From Octopus sinensis (lineage: Eukaryota): 64,000 bases of DNA. The DNA lies in contig NC_042999.1 in the NCBI RefSeq assembly GCF_006345805.1, positions 55,676,001 through 55,740,000 of the forward strand, in the 5' to 3' direction. Of this stretch, positions 1 through 14,039 are shown in pieces. The notes beneath the pieces were generated by a model, which did no database searches, was not told the DNA's origin, and saw only the letters and a list, made by a program, of their open reading frames with translations. How positions within the stretch are numbered: the first letter of the stretch is position 1; every line of letters starts with the position of its first letter. Made by a program: the position numbers and the translations under genes.

Positions 1-585
1 GAAAAAGTGACCATCCAAGCACATCCCGATCAGCGGAGAACGTGGCAACAGCACAGATGCTTAATCGCAGCCCACAAAAATCAACGCGTCAAGCATCTCG
101 TGAAAGTGGACGAACAAGACACGCAATACGTACGGTGTTGCATAAAGAATTAAATTTTCGTCCGTGGAAACCCCACTACGTGCAGGAGTTAAAACCTGAA
201 GGCTGTGATCACAGAATGGAATATGGAGAGTTAATGCTTGGCTGGTATGAAGTTTGGCCTGAATTGTTTGAAAATATCCTCTGGAGTGATGAGGCTGGGA
301 TGTTATAATACCGATCGCACACTGGAGGACTTGGAGACACGGATTCATGAGATTCTCCATGATACCCCAGACGACATCCTTCAGAAGGTTGTTCATTCCA
401 TCCCTGGCTGTTTGAGGAAACTAGTTGAAGCCACCAGTGCTTACGTTGAAATATGAAGATTTACTTTCATTTTCCCATCTAATAAAGAACATGTATCTTA
501 TAAAGAACATGTTTCAATAAATTTGTAAAAGGAATATGGATTTTATTACCAATTTTTAATGCCTACTTACTTTTCACCCACCCTG
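1..585 (+). mobile_element. Tc1/mariner (DD37D/maT-like) transposase remnant with internal deletion and right TIR
   Basis: ORF 42-308 has HTH-like 'STRQASRE...RTVLHKELNFRPWK' and 'ILWSDEA' (first catalytic D). It jumps to the C-terminal 'LEDLETRI...CLRKLVEATSAYVEI*'. The element ends ...CACCCTG followed by TA at 586-587. Confidence 0.8.
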
Positions 586-2185
586 TATATGCAATAGTCG
601 AAATTTTTTTTTTTATTTGGTGCTAGTGTTCGCGATCTGCAGGTTTTTCCAGTTGACGTTTATGGTTCTTCATAGTCTGTTTTGAGTTGTTGATCTCTAC
701 AAGGTCACGGCGGACACTCGTGGAATCTTCTGCTGCGATTGAATTTGCCACAAAAGTTTTGACATGTAAGCCTGGCGTTACTCATACAGCGTTCATGGTC
801 ATTCCATTTGAATCGACGAGTGATAACTTTTACTTCGAGGCTATTTGGCTTCAAAGTCACCAATGGTTACAACATTCTACGAAGTTGTCAGATAAACATA
901 TTTAATATTTCTCTGCTGTATATGTTATATGATACAATCTCCGTTGAACGATTCTGTGAGCCGGTGGTGAGTTGATTTGAGCGGTAAGAGGTCAACTGTG
1001 GGTTGTTTAGTTTATGTGCCTTTATCGTATTATAAAATATAACAGTAACAACCAGACTCCGGGTGTCGTTATACATCGCTAGTCACACCATACATCGCAT
1101 TGTTTTAGCTTTCGAGTCACGCCACCCGGCTTGTTAGGCGAGTAGGTTAACGTCTACCCTTGATCGGAAGGCTGTACCGTTGCAGGGTTACCCAGTTACA
1201 GCTGATAGACTGGAGTAACGTCAAATAAAGTGTTTTGCTCCAGAGCACAACACAACCCTCACTCTGTGAATCGAACTCAGGATCCAGCGATCGTGAGTGC
1301 AACACCCTAACTACTACGCCATGCGCCTTCACAAACCATACAAAATTATTTGAATAAGGCGGCGAGCTGGCAGAAACATTAGCACGCCGGGCGAAATGCG
1401 TAGCCGCTTTTCGTCTGCCGTTACGTTCTGAGTTCAAATTCCGCCGAGGTCGACTTTGCCTTTCATCCTTTCGGGGTCGATAACTTAAGTACCAGTTAAA
1501 AACTGGGGTCGATATAATCGACTTAATCCGTTCGTCTGACCTTGTTTGTCCCCTCTGCGTTTAGCCCCTTGTGGGTAGTAAAGAAATAGGTATTTCGTCA
1601 GCCGCTACGTTCTGAGTTCAAATTCCGCCGAGGTTGACTTTGCCTTTCATCTTTTCGAGATCGATTAAATGAGTACCAGTTACGCATTGGGGTCGGTATA
1701 ATCGACTTAATCCTTTTGTTTGTCCTTTGTCTGTCGCCTCTATGTTTAGCACCCCCTTTGGGCAATAAAGAAATAAAAAATATAAGTTGGATAAACTCCT
1801 TCTATGAACTGGAAAAGAACATATTTTATTTTGACTGTTTACTGTGGTCATTAATTTATGGACTTTGCTATGTTCTCGAATTTGCTGTTTAAAACTAATT
1901 CCGTGTTTATTTTTCGAAACTATACGTCGTGGTCCGTAACAGATTGTTCTTATCTCTTTTACACATTACAAAGCCGTAAACTTCTTTCTTTTTTTTTTTT
2001 TTTTCAGATCCTGTAGAACTAGTTTCAAATCGTCGTTGAGTGCGTTATTGCCGCTGTGCTTTTATTGTTTTCACACCTGAATAAAATCTGTTATTCGTCA
2101 ATTTTATTATTGCTCTTGTCACTAAGAGCTTCGGGACACTGATAAAGTAATCTGAATTCAAGCAGTGTGTGTGGGTGTGTTACAT

Positions 2186-2248
<63 letters not shown>

Positions 2249-2581
2249 CATGTATGTATTATACACACACACACACACACACACATGCGCGCATTTACAT
2301 ATAAAGAGTGAGAGAGAGGTGTCTGTTTTTATGTTCAGTTATAATAAAAGCAATTTTACATTAATCTGATGGGTTACTCTATACTTTTGTAGAGTACAAA
2401 TTTATTAATGTTAAACAATAAATATCATTGACAGTGACTTTGAAGTCACTGTCGATAATATTCTTGTTAAAGAATAATAAATGCATATGTATATACGTAC
2501 ATATACATACACACACACACATATATATATATACACACACATGTATATATATGTGTGTGTGTTTATGTGTGTGCGTATGTG

Positions 2582-2637
<56 letters not shown>

Positions 2638-2735
2638 AACATACACACACACAAACATACACACACACACACACACACACATATGTAGCAATAATAAATC
2701 TCTGAGCGAGATGTAAACAGTAGCAGCACGATATA

Positions 2736-3067
2736 TCGAAGAATATTTACCACCTAAATATGGCTGACCCATATGGGACGAAGCTACTGTAGTTTATAGC
2801 CCCAGGAAGTCATCTCCTCCAGCTGGCTAACGACACACTGTCTCCTCCTTTTTCGAGATCAGTGAATGACGGGTTACTACTCAGAAACCCGGGTCCCTGT
2901 GTATCACGTAAGGCTAGAGATGTGAACCATGATTTCCCTTCGCAAATACTGATCTGGCACAGACAGTGAGTCGTTAACCAGCTGAAGGATCTGTCTTCCT
3001 GGGGCTATAAACTACAGTAGCATCGTCCCATATGGGTCAGTCACATTTAGGTGGCAAATATACTTCG

Positions 3068-3068
<1 letters not shown>
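2736..3068. mobile_element. MITE with ~105-bp imperfect terminal inverted repeats, in a TA-rich site
   Basis: 2737-2843 (cgaagaatatttaccacctaaat...gacacactgtct) is the reverse complement of ~2960-3067; both flanks are TA repeats. Confidence 0.75.
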
Positions 3069-3112
<44 letters not shown>

Positions 3113-3126
3113 CATACATACATACA

Positions 3127-3210
<84 letters not shown>

Positions 3211-4555
3211 TACATTGTAGGGCGGCGAGCTGGCAGAAACATTAGCACGCCGGGCGGAATGCTTAGCGGTATTTCGTCTGCCGTTACGTTCTGAGTTCAA
3301 ATTCCGCCGAGGTCGACTTTGCCTTTCATCCTTTCGGGGTCGATAAATAAAGTACCAGTTTCGCACTGGGGTCGATGTAATCGACTTAATCCGTTTGTCT
3401 GTACTTGTTTGTCCCCTGTATGTTTGTCCCCTGTATGTTTGTCCCCTCTATGTGGGCAGCAAAGAAATATATATACGTACATACATATATGTATGTGCCT
3501 GTTCGCTTAGCCAGCGGGGTGGCGTCATTTGAAGGTTAAAACAATGCGAAGCGCATTGTGACCAGCGATGTGTAGCAACATCTGATAGACTGGTTGGTCA
3601 CGGTGATCACATATATGTATGTATGTATGTCTCTTCTACTTTTTAATTATTATAAATCTTCCACTGAAGAGGGAGGCCGATTTCTAACAAAGATACAAGG
3701 CTCCATCTTTGGGATGTAGTTAACACAAATTCACATTTGGAACTTGAGAAAAGTCTTGAGATGAAGAGTAATAATTTCATATCTATAAAGTAATACGAGA
3801 CATTTTGGTGAGATGGCTAGCATTGGTTTCGCAGTGTTCTTCTTTAGGTTCTGCTTAACTACACGTGGTAGAGAAAATGATGAAAATCATTTTTAAAAAC
3901 ATATTTTTCCAAGCTTTAGTGTTCATTGTTGTAAAGGTGTAAAGGTGTAGGTTATTTCTCTTTAAATGACAAAAGGAATGATGTCAAAACTACTTGGAAT
4001 ATCATGTAAATATTTTAAGTTGAAAGATATAAAAAAAAGTCATGCATGATTAAGTGAGATTAGTTTCCATGATTGGAGGAATACAATAGAGATGAGAGAA
4101 TGGAGACGAGTGTGTAGAAAGGGAAAATTAGATCTATTAAAGGAAAAAAAATGCTGGAAGAGGAAAGAATAAAGGGAGTCTGAGGTGAAACATTATCAGA
4201 AGTCTGTACGCTTGTGTTGTTCAAGTCGGCAGAAAACGGGGTTTTCCAGTTGCATAATAAATGCTTCTTAAGGTGTCTGCATTTCCCATCCTTCTCCTAA
4301 TCATCTTAATCTTCCTCCTCCTCCTCCTCTTCCTCCTCCTCTTCTTCATCATCATCATCATCACCGCCATCATTATGATCATAATCGTCGTCGTCCTCGT
4401 TGTCATCAGAAACGTATTATATTTTACATACGATCTTTTATGATTACGATTTTTGTCTGTCTCCGTGAGTCTCTGTTGCATGTTTAGTATATGCAAGTGT
4501 GGTATAGAGAGGGAGATACACAGATACATACATACACACACACACACACGCGCAC

Positions 4556-4586
<31 letters not shown>

Positions 4587-5257
4587 TGTTTGTACCGGCA
4601 AAATTGACCGTGATGAATATGATAACAAGGGAGAGGATGACGATGATGGCGGTGGCACCGGTGGTAGTGGTCATCGTCGTCATTGTTTGTTCATTGGTGA
4701 AGATGACGGTGATTATGATGATGATGATGATGATGATGATGACGACGACGACGACAAGCACTTAAATATACACAAATGAATATATCGTTGTTATTAAGCA
4801 AAAGTACCGTAAGTCCGAAACGTTGCTTTTTCAAAAAACGAAACAATAGTTTCACCATTCCATTTCTTTTTACATTAGAAACAGTTTCAGCCTATCAATA
4901 ATACTTTGTTGGCTGCATAAAATGGTAATTCTATGCATATATGATGTTTTCAGTCAGAAGTATTTTTGCAAAACTGTTGTATGTGGGACTTACTACACTT
5001 TTGAAAAATGCTAAACCATTGTACTACACTTTGATACTTTTTGATATCTTGGCATCTAGAGCAGCAGGAGATACGATAGTTTGACCAAAACAACCGGATA
5101 TTGCAAGCAAATATGTGTTGTTTTCTTTTTAACACCACTCAACATGTCTAATCAAAACATGAGAAATGTTTTGACAGAAAGTGTCATCTGGCCCAGAAAT
5201 ATTTCTGTCCCAAACATTTCACCAGTATCATCATTAGTTGTCGCTTTTTTAATAGTC

Positions 5258-5334
<77 letters not shown>

Positions 5335-6459
5335 TGTGTGCGTGCGTGTGTGTGACCGTGCGTGTGTTTGTTTTGTAATTAAAAACGTGATGGACAGTCT
5401 TTGAACAGTAAATTTATAGTGTAAATTCCTCATTTGAGTCTCTGAATAGAACAACCAGATCTAGGTTCGAACCCACAGGCACCACATGTAACATTTTAAT
5501 AATTTCCAGTATGTTACAACCAATAACCACGGCAGAGAAAATGTCTTTATGGCTTAATCACGAAAGAAAAGACAGAGCACGTGACCTTTGTGTTCTGGGA
5601 TTCAAGCTGCTTTTGTTGGGGAGGGAGGAGGAAACTAAGGTTAATGACTGGGTGACGGTGATTAAGTAGACTTTACCATCCAAATGCAGGTGGGGGTCCA
5701 CCATGTGTCACAACAGAATTTCGATTTTGGATCAATTCAAAGCTGACAGAATATACCTGCCCACCATGCCTCGCAATGGATTCGATCCCATAATATGATT
5801 GAGAAGTAGGCGCTATATACAAATTAATATATATTTCTTTATTGCCTACAGGAGGCTAAATATAGAGGGGACAAACAAGGACAGACAAAGAGATTAAGTC
5901 GATTACATCGACCTCAGTGTGTAACTGGTACTTATTTAATCGACCCCAAAAGGATGAAAGGCAAAGTCGACCTCGGCGGAATTTGAACGTAACAGCAGAC
6001 GAAATACCGCCAGGCAGTTCGCCCGGCGTGCTAACGATTCTTTCGGCTCACCACCCTATAATATAGTTTAAACTTTTCTTTTTATAAAGTGGTGAAAGAC
6101 TTTTTTTTTATCAGCTAGTCTTAGACTGAAGGTAGGTAGCCTAATGGTTAGAGTGTGGCATTCACGATCGTAAGATTGTTGTTTCGATTCCCGGACAGGA
6201 GGGTGAATTGTGTTCTTGAGTAGAACACTTTATTTCACGTTGGCTCAGTCCCCTCGGCTGTAAAACGAGCTCCAACAATAGGTGGGAAGTTGACATGGCA
6301 ACCGTCTGACATCCCATTCAGGTGTGTGTTCAATCGCACTGAAAATAGGGTTCGTCTCCAGCGTTATGAGTGCTGGGGGTTATGAGAGCCCTTAAGTCTA
6401 AGTATAAGGTGTAGAGGAAGGCGCAGGGCCGACGACCTTTGCAGGTCTTCGGATATAAT

Positions 6460-6660
6460 TGAAACTGAAATCGTTAACATTCCATTTAAACTGGTAAAAG
6501 TTGACGATTGTAAGAGAAATGTGTGAAAGACACGAATTCAAGAGGGACAACGTTCTGCGGAGGAAGGAATGGGTGAAGGGATTAACGCAGGACAAGCGAA
6601 TAGGTGTACAAAACATGGGGGATGAAAAAAGCAGAGATAGGTGAATATGTCGGGTCAATG
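6460..6660 (-). mobile_element. Degenerate CR1/L2-like LINE 3' fragment
   Basis: 'PFTHSFLRRTLSLLNSCLSH...FYQFKWNVN' resembles the SF.PRT..LWNSLP...FK C-terminal motif; similar remnants may lie near 23330-23480 and 46560-47100. Confidence 0.4.
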
Positions 6661-7572
6661 TAATATATAAATCGCTGAGATAATTTGCAGTTTTTCATTC
6701 AATTTCTGGAATGTGATAAATTCTTGTATCTATCCAAGAAATTAAATGATTGATCTGTCTGAGTATAAAACGTATTGGCATACTTATTAACGGAATGTAG
6801 AGTCATTGGGGTCATTGGAGTAATTTCATTGTGTTTCTAATTAAAAAGCTTTATATTTCTTTACCTTTCTGTCTACCCGTCTACTAATTAAGACGTAGTA
6901 AATAATCTGGGCTTACTTTAATTAGTTGCTAAACCATATAATTTCTTACTGATATTAAGGAGTAATACATAATAGTTAAATAAAGCGGCGAGGAGCTGGC
7001 AGAAACGTTAGACCGCCGGGCGAAATGCTTAGCGGTATTTCGTCTGCCGCTACGTTCTGAGTTCAAATTCCGCCGAGGTTGACTTTGCCTTTCATCCTTT
7101 CGGGGTCGATTAAATAAGTGCCAGTTACGCACTAAGGTCGATATAATCGACTTAATCTGTTTGTCTATCCTTGTTTGTCCTCTCTGTGTTTAGCCCCTTG
7201 TGGGTAGTAAAGAAATAGGTATGTGTGTCTGTTTTTACGTTCTGAGTTCAAATTCCGCCGAGGTCGACTTTTCCTTTCATCCTTTCGGGGTCGATTAAAT
7301 AAGTATCAGTCACGCACTTGGGTCGATGTAATCGACTTAATCCCTTTGTCTGTTCTTGCTTGTCCCCTCTATATTTAACCCCTTGTGGGCAATAAAGAAA
7401 TAAATAAAACTGATCTAAATGTCTGGGTAAGACAACGGGTGGCTGCAGCCGTATCGAGCTTTGAACCAATGTGTACACTAACCTTGGCCTTTGACTTGGG
7501 ATGGTGCAATGATTTGGGAGTGGTTGCTTGGCGACAGACCATGCTGTCTTTATAGCTGGGGGTGCTGAACAA

Positions 7573-8025
7573 GGGTACGGACAAAAACCCCTACTTAAAG
7601 TGTGAAAGTGGACAAAAACCCCATGCTTATATTTTTCGGGGGGGGGGGGTTCCACATTTCTTGACGCCTAGCCTGGTAAAAATTTCTGATATATTTCGTT
7701 TTTATTTTCATTTTACTTGTTGCAATCATTAAACTGAGGTCATGCTGAGGCATCACCTCGAAAAAGTTTTAATCGAATGTATCGACTCCAATATTTTTTT
7801 AATGATTTTTAACAAGCACATAGTTGAGCCTAAAAGGTCTTTCCACATGCTAGAGATAACAGCTTAATCTTTAAACATTATTTTTATATAATTTCAAATA
7901 AACAAAAACAGAAACCGCGGTTGTAAAAAAAACAGAAAACACTTTCATACTTTAACTATGGGAGTTTGTTTGAGGGGCTTTTGTCTTAGGGGGCTTTTTT
8001 CATAAGGGTCTTTTGTATTACACCC
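7573..8025. mobile_element. Mutator-like MITE
   Basis: Ends gggtacggacaaaaacccc / gggtcttttgtattacaccc with repeated subterminal ggacaaaa(a/g)cccc motifs; 9-bp TSD gctgaacaa (7564-7572) / gctgaacag (8026-8034). Confidence 0.7.
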
Positions 8026-8341
8026 GCTGAACAGAACTCTAAAAACTGTACTGTTTATAAAATTTGATTATGTCTCTGTTGTGTGGAAATAGAACACCCC
8101 CATGGTAGAATGGATGGATAAGTCCACCAGGATAAATACGTTGGAGTAATGCCAATGGGTTCGACAGTTCATGAGCAATGTGTTGAGTCGGGAGTTCAAG
8201 TACTAACGGTGAGCGGACAAATATCTAGTACTATCTCTTAAACAGACTTAATGTATTATTTTATTATGTCGTACGAGAACTGTACGATACAAGTCTCTCA
8301 AGAAAAACTCAGAATACGAAATAGAATCAGGTTACATTTAT

Positions 8342-11063
8342 TTAATACAACTGCAATCTACGGCAACACAAGGCAAAAAATTTAAGAAAATCGCCCTTCT
8401 CTATACTTGATTTGTATTTATTAAGAGAAGCAAATATCACGAGATTTGATTTTCGCTGGTGCTTCACATTTCGTTGAAAGGGTGTCATAATTCGAGTTAG
8501 CGTCGAAAACGATGATTCACATGTAGCTGGGCTAGATCCAAATGTTAATGCTGTACCATACAAAGGATAAACATTTGGAAAGGCATCCTGTGCAATACGT
8601 AAAGATCCAAAAATATCAAGCAGTGTCATCATAATTTGTTGGGAAATGTTTGCTTTAGCCACAGTAATTTCAGAAAGTAAGGTCAATTTATCGCAATTAA
8701 CTAAATTGCTGGCATTCCTTCGATATCACAAAATCAGAACATTTCACTTCGGGTATTTCCGTGGGTTGTGGAGTGTAGATATAACGAAATTATTCCAGCA
8801 ATGTCTCATTTTAAACTTGAAGAAAAAAGCCTTGCATATTTGTTCTTACCTGTTTCATGTGTGTATGTAAAATCCACAAATTTCCAAGCAGAAAACAGAA
8901 TCGAACTGTCTTTTGCTTCCACGGAAATACCCGAAATGAAATGTTTTGATTTTGTCGAGTTATATCGAAAGAATGCCAAATTGCTCAAAGGTTTTAAAGC
9001 ACCAAAATCTAAAAATGTCTCGGACGTTGGTAGGAAGAATATATACTATCGCTTTGCTCTGAAAATCTATTATCTAACTCTCTCAGGCTTTCGTCGATGA
9101 TCACGATATAAATTTTGCGATGAAAGGTTATCCAGTCATCTTGTGATGGTATCAGGGCTTCAACAACATAATCTGAAAAACGTCGGGACCCGCAAGCCTT
9201 TCGACACATGCATTCCTCAATAACATTAAATTGACGCATTTGTTTTAGAATCTCATCAAATATTAAAGAGTTTCTCAGTTTGGTTATTTCACTCTTGGCA
9301 ATCTTAAGAAGCCCAAGGCCATGGTATATATCACATTTGTGACTCTGAAGCTGTTTGTCTACTGGTCTAATTATATGCAGAAATTTGCTAAGAACAAGGG
9401 CTAAGAAAAACAAACCTCAAGGAACGAACTTGATGTAAAATTCTACACACGTTTTTGAATCTGACAAATCTGTGCATTCGGTTAGCAAACCAACAATTTT
9501 GGAGTGATTTTCTATTACAGAAGCAATGGCAGTGAAATGGCCCGACTACCTATGCTCCATAAGGCGTGGCAATTTCAATCCTTTGCAGAGACTAGCTATC
9601 TTTGGCCGTTTAATAAAATTATGAAGAATATTAACGATGTCAAAGAACTCCGGAATCCGCTTTATTGTGTTAACGACGTCAAGATGCAACTGAGGATTAA
9701 GACAATGAACATAGGGTATATATTTCTCAAGTCGATTCAGAATCTTTCTTTGAACGCCACCTATTTTACTAAACGTCACAGAAGCACCATCATAGCATTG
9801 TGACAACATACGCTTTGGATCAATGCAAAGGCTGGTTAATTCTTTAATTATAAAGTCGGCCAATGCATGATTTTTCAGTATTACTCAAATCGCGTTCCGT
9901 CACATTTTAGCGTAAAATAAGGAACATCGGAACATTTTATTTCATCGACCACGAGGCTGACAGTGTGTCTTCTCAACAATTCGATGATTTCGTGTTGCAT
10001 TCCTGCTGAGGTGTAGGTCGCATTTTATGGAATCGTGCTGTAACATTCTATTAGCTTCGAGTCTTTCTCTAATGTGTACTGGAATAATTTCATAAAAGAC
10101 CACAAGGCTGCGTGTCATCTTCCGAATAAAGATCCTAAAAAGCTTCATTTTCGTTTTCTCGAAAAGGCAATTCGTTTGCACAAAGAAAATGAACAATATC
10201 AACAATGGAACTGATGTAATAACGGTTTTTGCTCAACTGATCATTTTGAAGACACGGAAATTGTTGTGGATAAACGCTGTTGGCGTTCCTTCCATGTTAC
10301 CATAGCTTGGATATGGGATGCAGAGTTTGCGTGTTTATTTAAACCTTTGTTTTTTTTTTCTTTTGCATGATGCCAATTAGAATATCCATTTTTGATAAAA
10401 CAAGTATCAGCTTGAGCAGAAGTATTAAAGCGCTGACAAGCAAAACAAAACAAGGCTTTCTTTGAAAGAGAATACTCTAACCATAAACGACCAGTATACC
10501 AGCTTGACGAGAAGTCACGTCTCTGATTTCCATAAATTTTTGGATCTGTCGACCTGTCCTAGATCATCCAATGAGGGTGTCAAAGTCTTTGCAAGATCTC
10601 CCTTGACCTGCGAAACTTCGTTTGCAATTCTCTTCTGTTTGGCATTATTAGATGTATCAGATTGGAAATTCAACAATGATTGCTTCAGTTCTCTTTTTCG
10701 GTGGTGATTCATTATTTTTGGGCACCGATATTCGCAATAATTAATTCTAAGGTAGAATATCGTAGTAAGAGTAACAATTTCTTAAAATCTATGTATTTTA
10801 AAATTAAACTCGTAAGAGATTTCAGTTCAAGCAATTTTTTTTTCAATTTCTTCAAAGTTATGCTTTTTTTAGTTAAACACAAAATGATTTCTGAATAAAC
10901 TTTGTTCAAAGAGTAAGAAAAATTATTCAGTGGAAGTTCCCACCGGAAAAATCCTTTCTGAATGTATATTTTTGGAAATTTCAAAAATGTTCTTTCCTTT
11001 CTCGCGAATAAATTATCCTCTCTGACTAGTAGAAATAAAATGACTTTTTAATGTCCGCCTCTG
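8342..11063 (-). mobile_element. Decayed hAT transposon (ZMYM1-like/TTF zinc finger-DUF4371-hATC type transposase pseudogene)
   Basis: Frameshifted ORF series with WLEYS..ALFCFACQRF...GYSNW...HANSASH (TTF finger), FTLKCDGTR (D1), SQCYDGA (D2), YVHCLNPQLHL (CxxH-like) and ATCESSFSTL (E, dimerisation domain). One hAT-like end CAGAGGCGGAC at 11063; left end not identified. Confidence 0.85.
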
Positions 11064-11894
11064 TTCATATACGTTTGTAGTGATGCGTTTACTACCATAA
11101 ATTTCTAACTACAGCAACTATTCTTCACATACTTTTCAAAAGCAACAACGACAATCACCAGCACCACCGCCGCCGTCGCCACCACGACGATGACCACAAC
11201 AACAACAACAACAACTGACCCAGCGTCAGCCAGTCCTTAATTCAACCCACAGTTGATGACCAGGTCAACAGCCAATTCTGCGACAATAATTACAGCTACA
11301 ACAAACACTTTGACCAGCTCTAATTTACCCACGTTTTCAAATCAAAAGAAATTCAATTTATTGAAACTTTAGCGACTTCAGATATTGCATATGAGAAAAT
11401 GCAGCGAGCGTACGCCTTAAAAGCTAAAGCAAATCCGAAAGTGATCTCCCTTGAAGTAGAAGTTTTTCACCTGAGTTACCTCCCCTAGATTCTTTTTTTC
11501 TTCTTCGTAAGTTTTAGAAGGCGCCGATGAGTAGATCCATTATGTGCCAGAAATAGCAGCTAGGTTCCTCAGAACTAGAACTGTACAGTCATAAACTAGG
11601 AAGCATACAAGTTTCCTGTGAATTAGAGACAAACAAAAAAGTGCTTAGACAATTTCAGAGCCAAAATGATTCGACGCTAGTGGTTATTAAGTAGGCAATC
11701 TCTGAATGGTGACGAGGCGTGCTAGAAATAGCAGTCAAATTTCAGTCAAATCACACCACTATTGTCTTCAAAATCGGACGCTATTAATAATGCAATTCCG
11801 GATATATAAACAAGACGGAGGAAAGGAGGGGGTACATCCAGAAAGACTTTGCTGCCAAGCTTGCACGTTCGAAACCAACCCGAAACTCAACAGT

Positions 11895-12272
11895 GGGGCG
11901 CAATGGCCCAGTGGTTAGGGCAGCGGACTTGCGGTCGGAGGATCGCGGTTTCGATTCCCAGACCGGGCGTTGTGTGTGTTTATCGAGCAAAAACACCTAA
12001 AGCTCACAAGGCTCCGGCAGGGGGTTGTGGCGACCCCAGTTGTACTCTTTCGCTCCAACTTTCTCTCACTCTTTCTTTCTGTTCCTTGTCTCCGACTTCC
12101 TACGCAACCGCTGAGCCTGGATGCGCATTCATCCATCCGTCGATGCTCTCGGTGTCGGGGGTTGACCTGCTTTCTCTTCTGCGGGTCTTACGATTAGCAA
12201 AGGACCACGTTTCGGACTTCTCCCACTGGGACGAAGACCGCTTCGCTCAACAAACAAACAACAACAACAACC
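11895..12272 (+). mobile_element. tRNA-derived SINE, family a head with a different 3' module and (CAA)n tail
   Basis: Head matches 34030 through ...tgtactcttt...ctctcactctttct, then diverges. Confidence 0.75.
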
Positions 12273-13646
12273 ATATTCATGTGACTAGGCAATAATGCAG
12301 CTAATTTCAGTTTATTTCATGAAAATTTAAGACATTAATTAAAGAGTATGACTAATTAATGGCATCAGAAATATGAAGAGATGGAGAAATCCATTGTACA
12401 GGACTTGATGGGGTCATGATGTAATGGTTACATATATTTAGACTCCATCTTACACGGAGTGAGGGGCTGGATACACTGACCTCTTTTGACATTAGAAAAC
12501 TGAAATATTAATACTGAGATTTTTGTATACACTACTCAAGTGGGCCTCAGCCATCCCGATTTTGTGGAGGAAATCAGCAGTGCAGGGTTCGAGGTCACCG
12601 GAGGTCTCGACGGCAACCAGCACAAACTGATGGCGACCGGTCAGTCACCTGCATCTGTTTATCTTCTTTTCCTCTGCGTTATGGCTGGCGATACTTGGGC
12701 TTGCGGCTGATGCAGCCAGGGTGGAACCGGAATACGCGTCACAACACGTCACGACCCAGACTAGAAACCTGTCTCACTCGAATGAGTAGGGGATTATTCT
12801 GCCGGGCCACTTCTGTTCCTTAGGTCCAGTTGAAACGAGAAGCCAACTGCATCGGGGCCCCTCTTAATTATGCCATTCAGAACGGCATGTTGGGGGAACT
12901 GACTCACGTTACTATGTCATTCGCCTATTCACACTATGTCACAAGGCGGTGAGCTGGCACAATCGTTAGCACGCTGGGTGAAATGCTTAGCGACATTTCG
13001 TCTGCCGCTACGCTCTGAGTTCAAATTCCGCCACGGTCAACTTTACCTTTCATCCTTTCAGGGTCGATAAATTAAGTACCAGTTACGCACTGGGGTCGAT
13101 ATAATCGACTTAATCCGTTTGTCTGTCCTTGTTTGTCCTCTCTGTGTGTAGCCCCTTGTGGGCAGTAAAAAAATAGATATTTCGTCTGCCGTTACGTTCT
13201 GAGTTTAAATTCCGCCGAGGTCGACTTTGCCTTTCATCTTTTCGGGGTCAATAAATTAAGTACCAGTTATGCACTGGGGTTGATGTAATCGACTTAATTC
13301 CTTTGTCTGTCCTTGTTTGTCCCCTCTATGTTTAGCCCCTTGTGGGCAATAAAGATATAAGATACTATGTCATTCACCGCGGCAACGTCATCGCAGTCAT
13401 GAACCCGAGGCACCATTGAGAGGACCATTTATTCCGGGTTGCGGGGACATTACCCCCTCATCATCATCTTCTGCTGCTTACCCTCACTTGCCCTTTTTTC
13501 TTGTTTTTTGTATTTAAATTTTATAATTTAAAATGTGATCTGTTGGTTTTATAAATAATTTACTGAAGTGCAAAACATCTCGATATTAGCTGAATCTTTA
13601 TAATTTACCAGAAAATAAACAAAATCACCAAAAGTGCTGCTATGAA

Positions 13647-13704
<58 letters not shown>

Positions 13705-14039
13705 TGTGACTACAGGTTAAGCGACAAGAACTGAATGTACCTTGTTTCATTACACCACAGCAAAGTAAACGTCTGCAACACTTAGAAACTTTAATAGTAG
13801 TTGCTCTTCTTCTTCTTCTTCTTTAACCTAACTGAACAGATCAATAACTAAATGTGTTCCACTGAATATTATCTGGGCAACGTATACCTAGGACTATATT
13901 ATCCAAAACATCTCTTCTTAAATACAATATATCCCTTCAAGATAATAAGATACGACTTCAGGGAGCCCTGACTGCTATTTCTTGTAGATCACGCGACCAC
14001 ATACAGGTTTATTCAACTGTGCTGTGAAATGTAAAGTGT

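Noticed and set aside
690-900. Possible LINE endonuclease remnant (minus-strand 'NVVTIGDFEAK')
   Set aside because: It is a single motif among multiple stops; too weak to call.
4796-4830. Hammerhead-like 3' half (gtccgaaacgttgctt)
   Set aside because: No CUGANGA core or helix II partner upstream.
4850-5240. Unique-looking stretch that might be an exon of another gene
   Set aside because: No recognisable protein similarity or convincing splice-bounded open frame.
2169-5454. Many ORFs rich in YI, HT or CV dipeptides
   Set aside because: They are translations of (TA)n and (CA)n microsatellites.
8199-8225. Candidate left TIR of the hAT element (cggtgagcggaca)
   Set aside because: Poor match to CAGAGGCGGAC and no matching 8-bp TSD.
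11895-11965. tRNA-like sequences (also 23919, 34030, 41664)
   Set aside because: A/B boxes continue into SINE bodies and no complete cloverleaf is evident; these are SINE heads.
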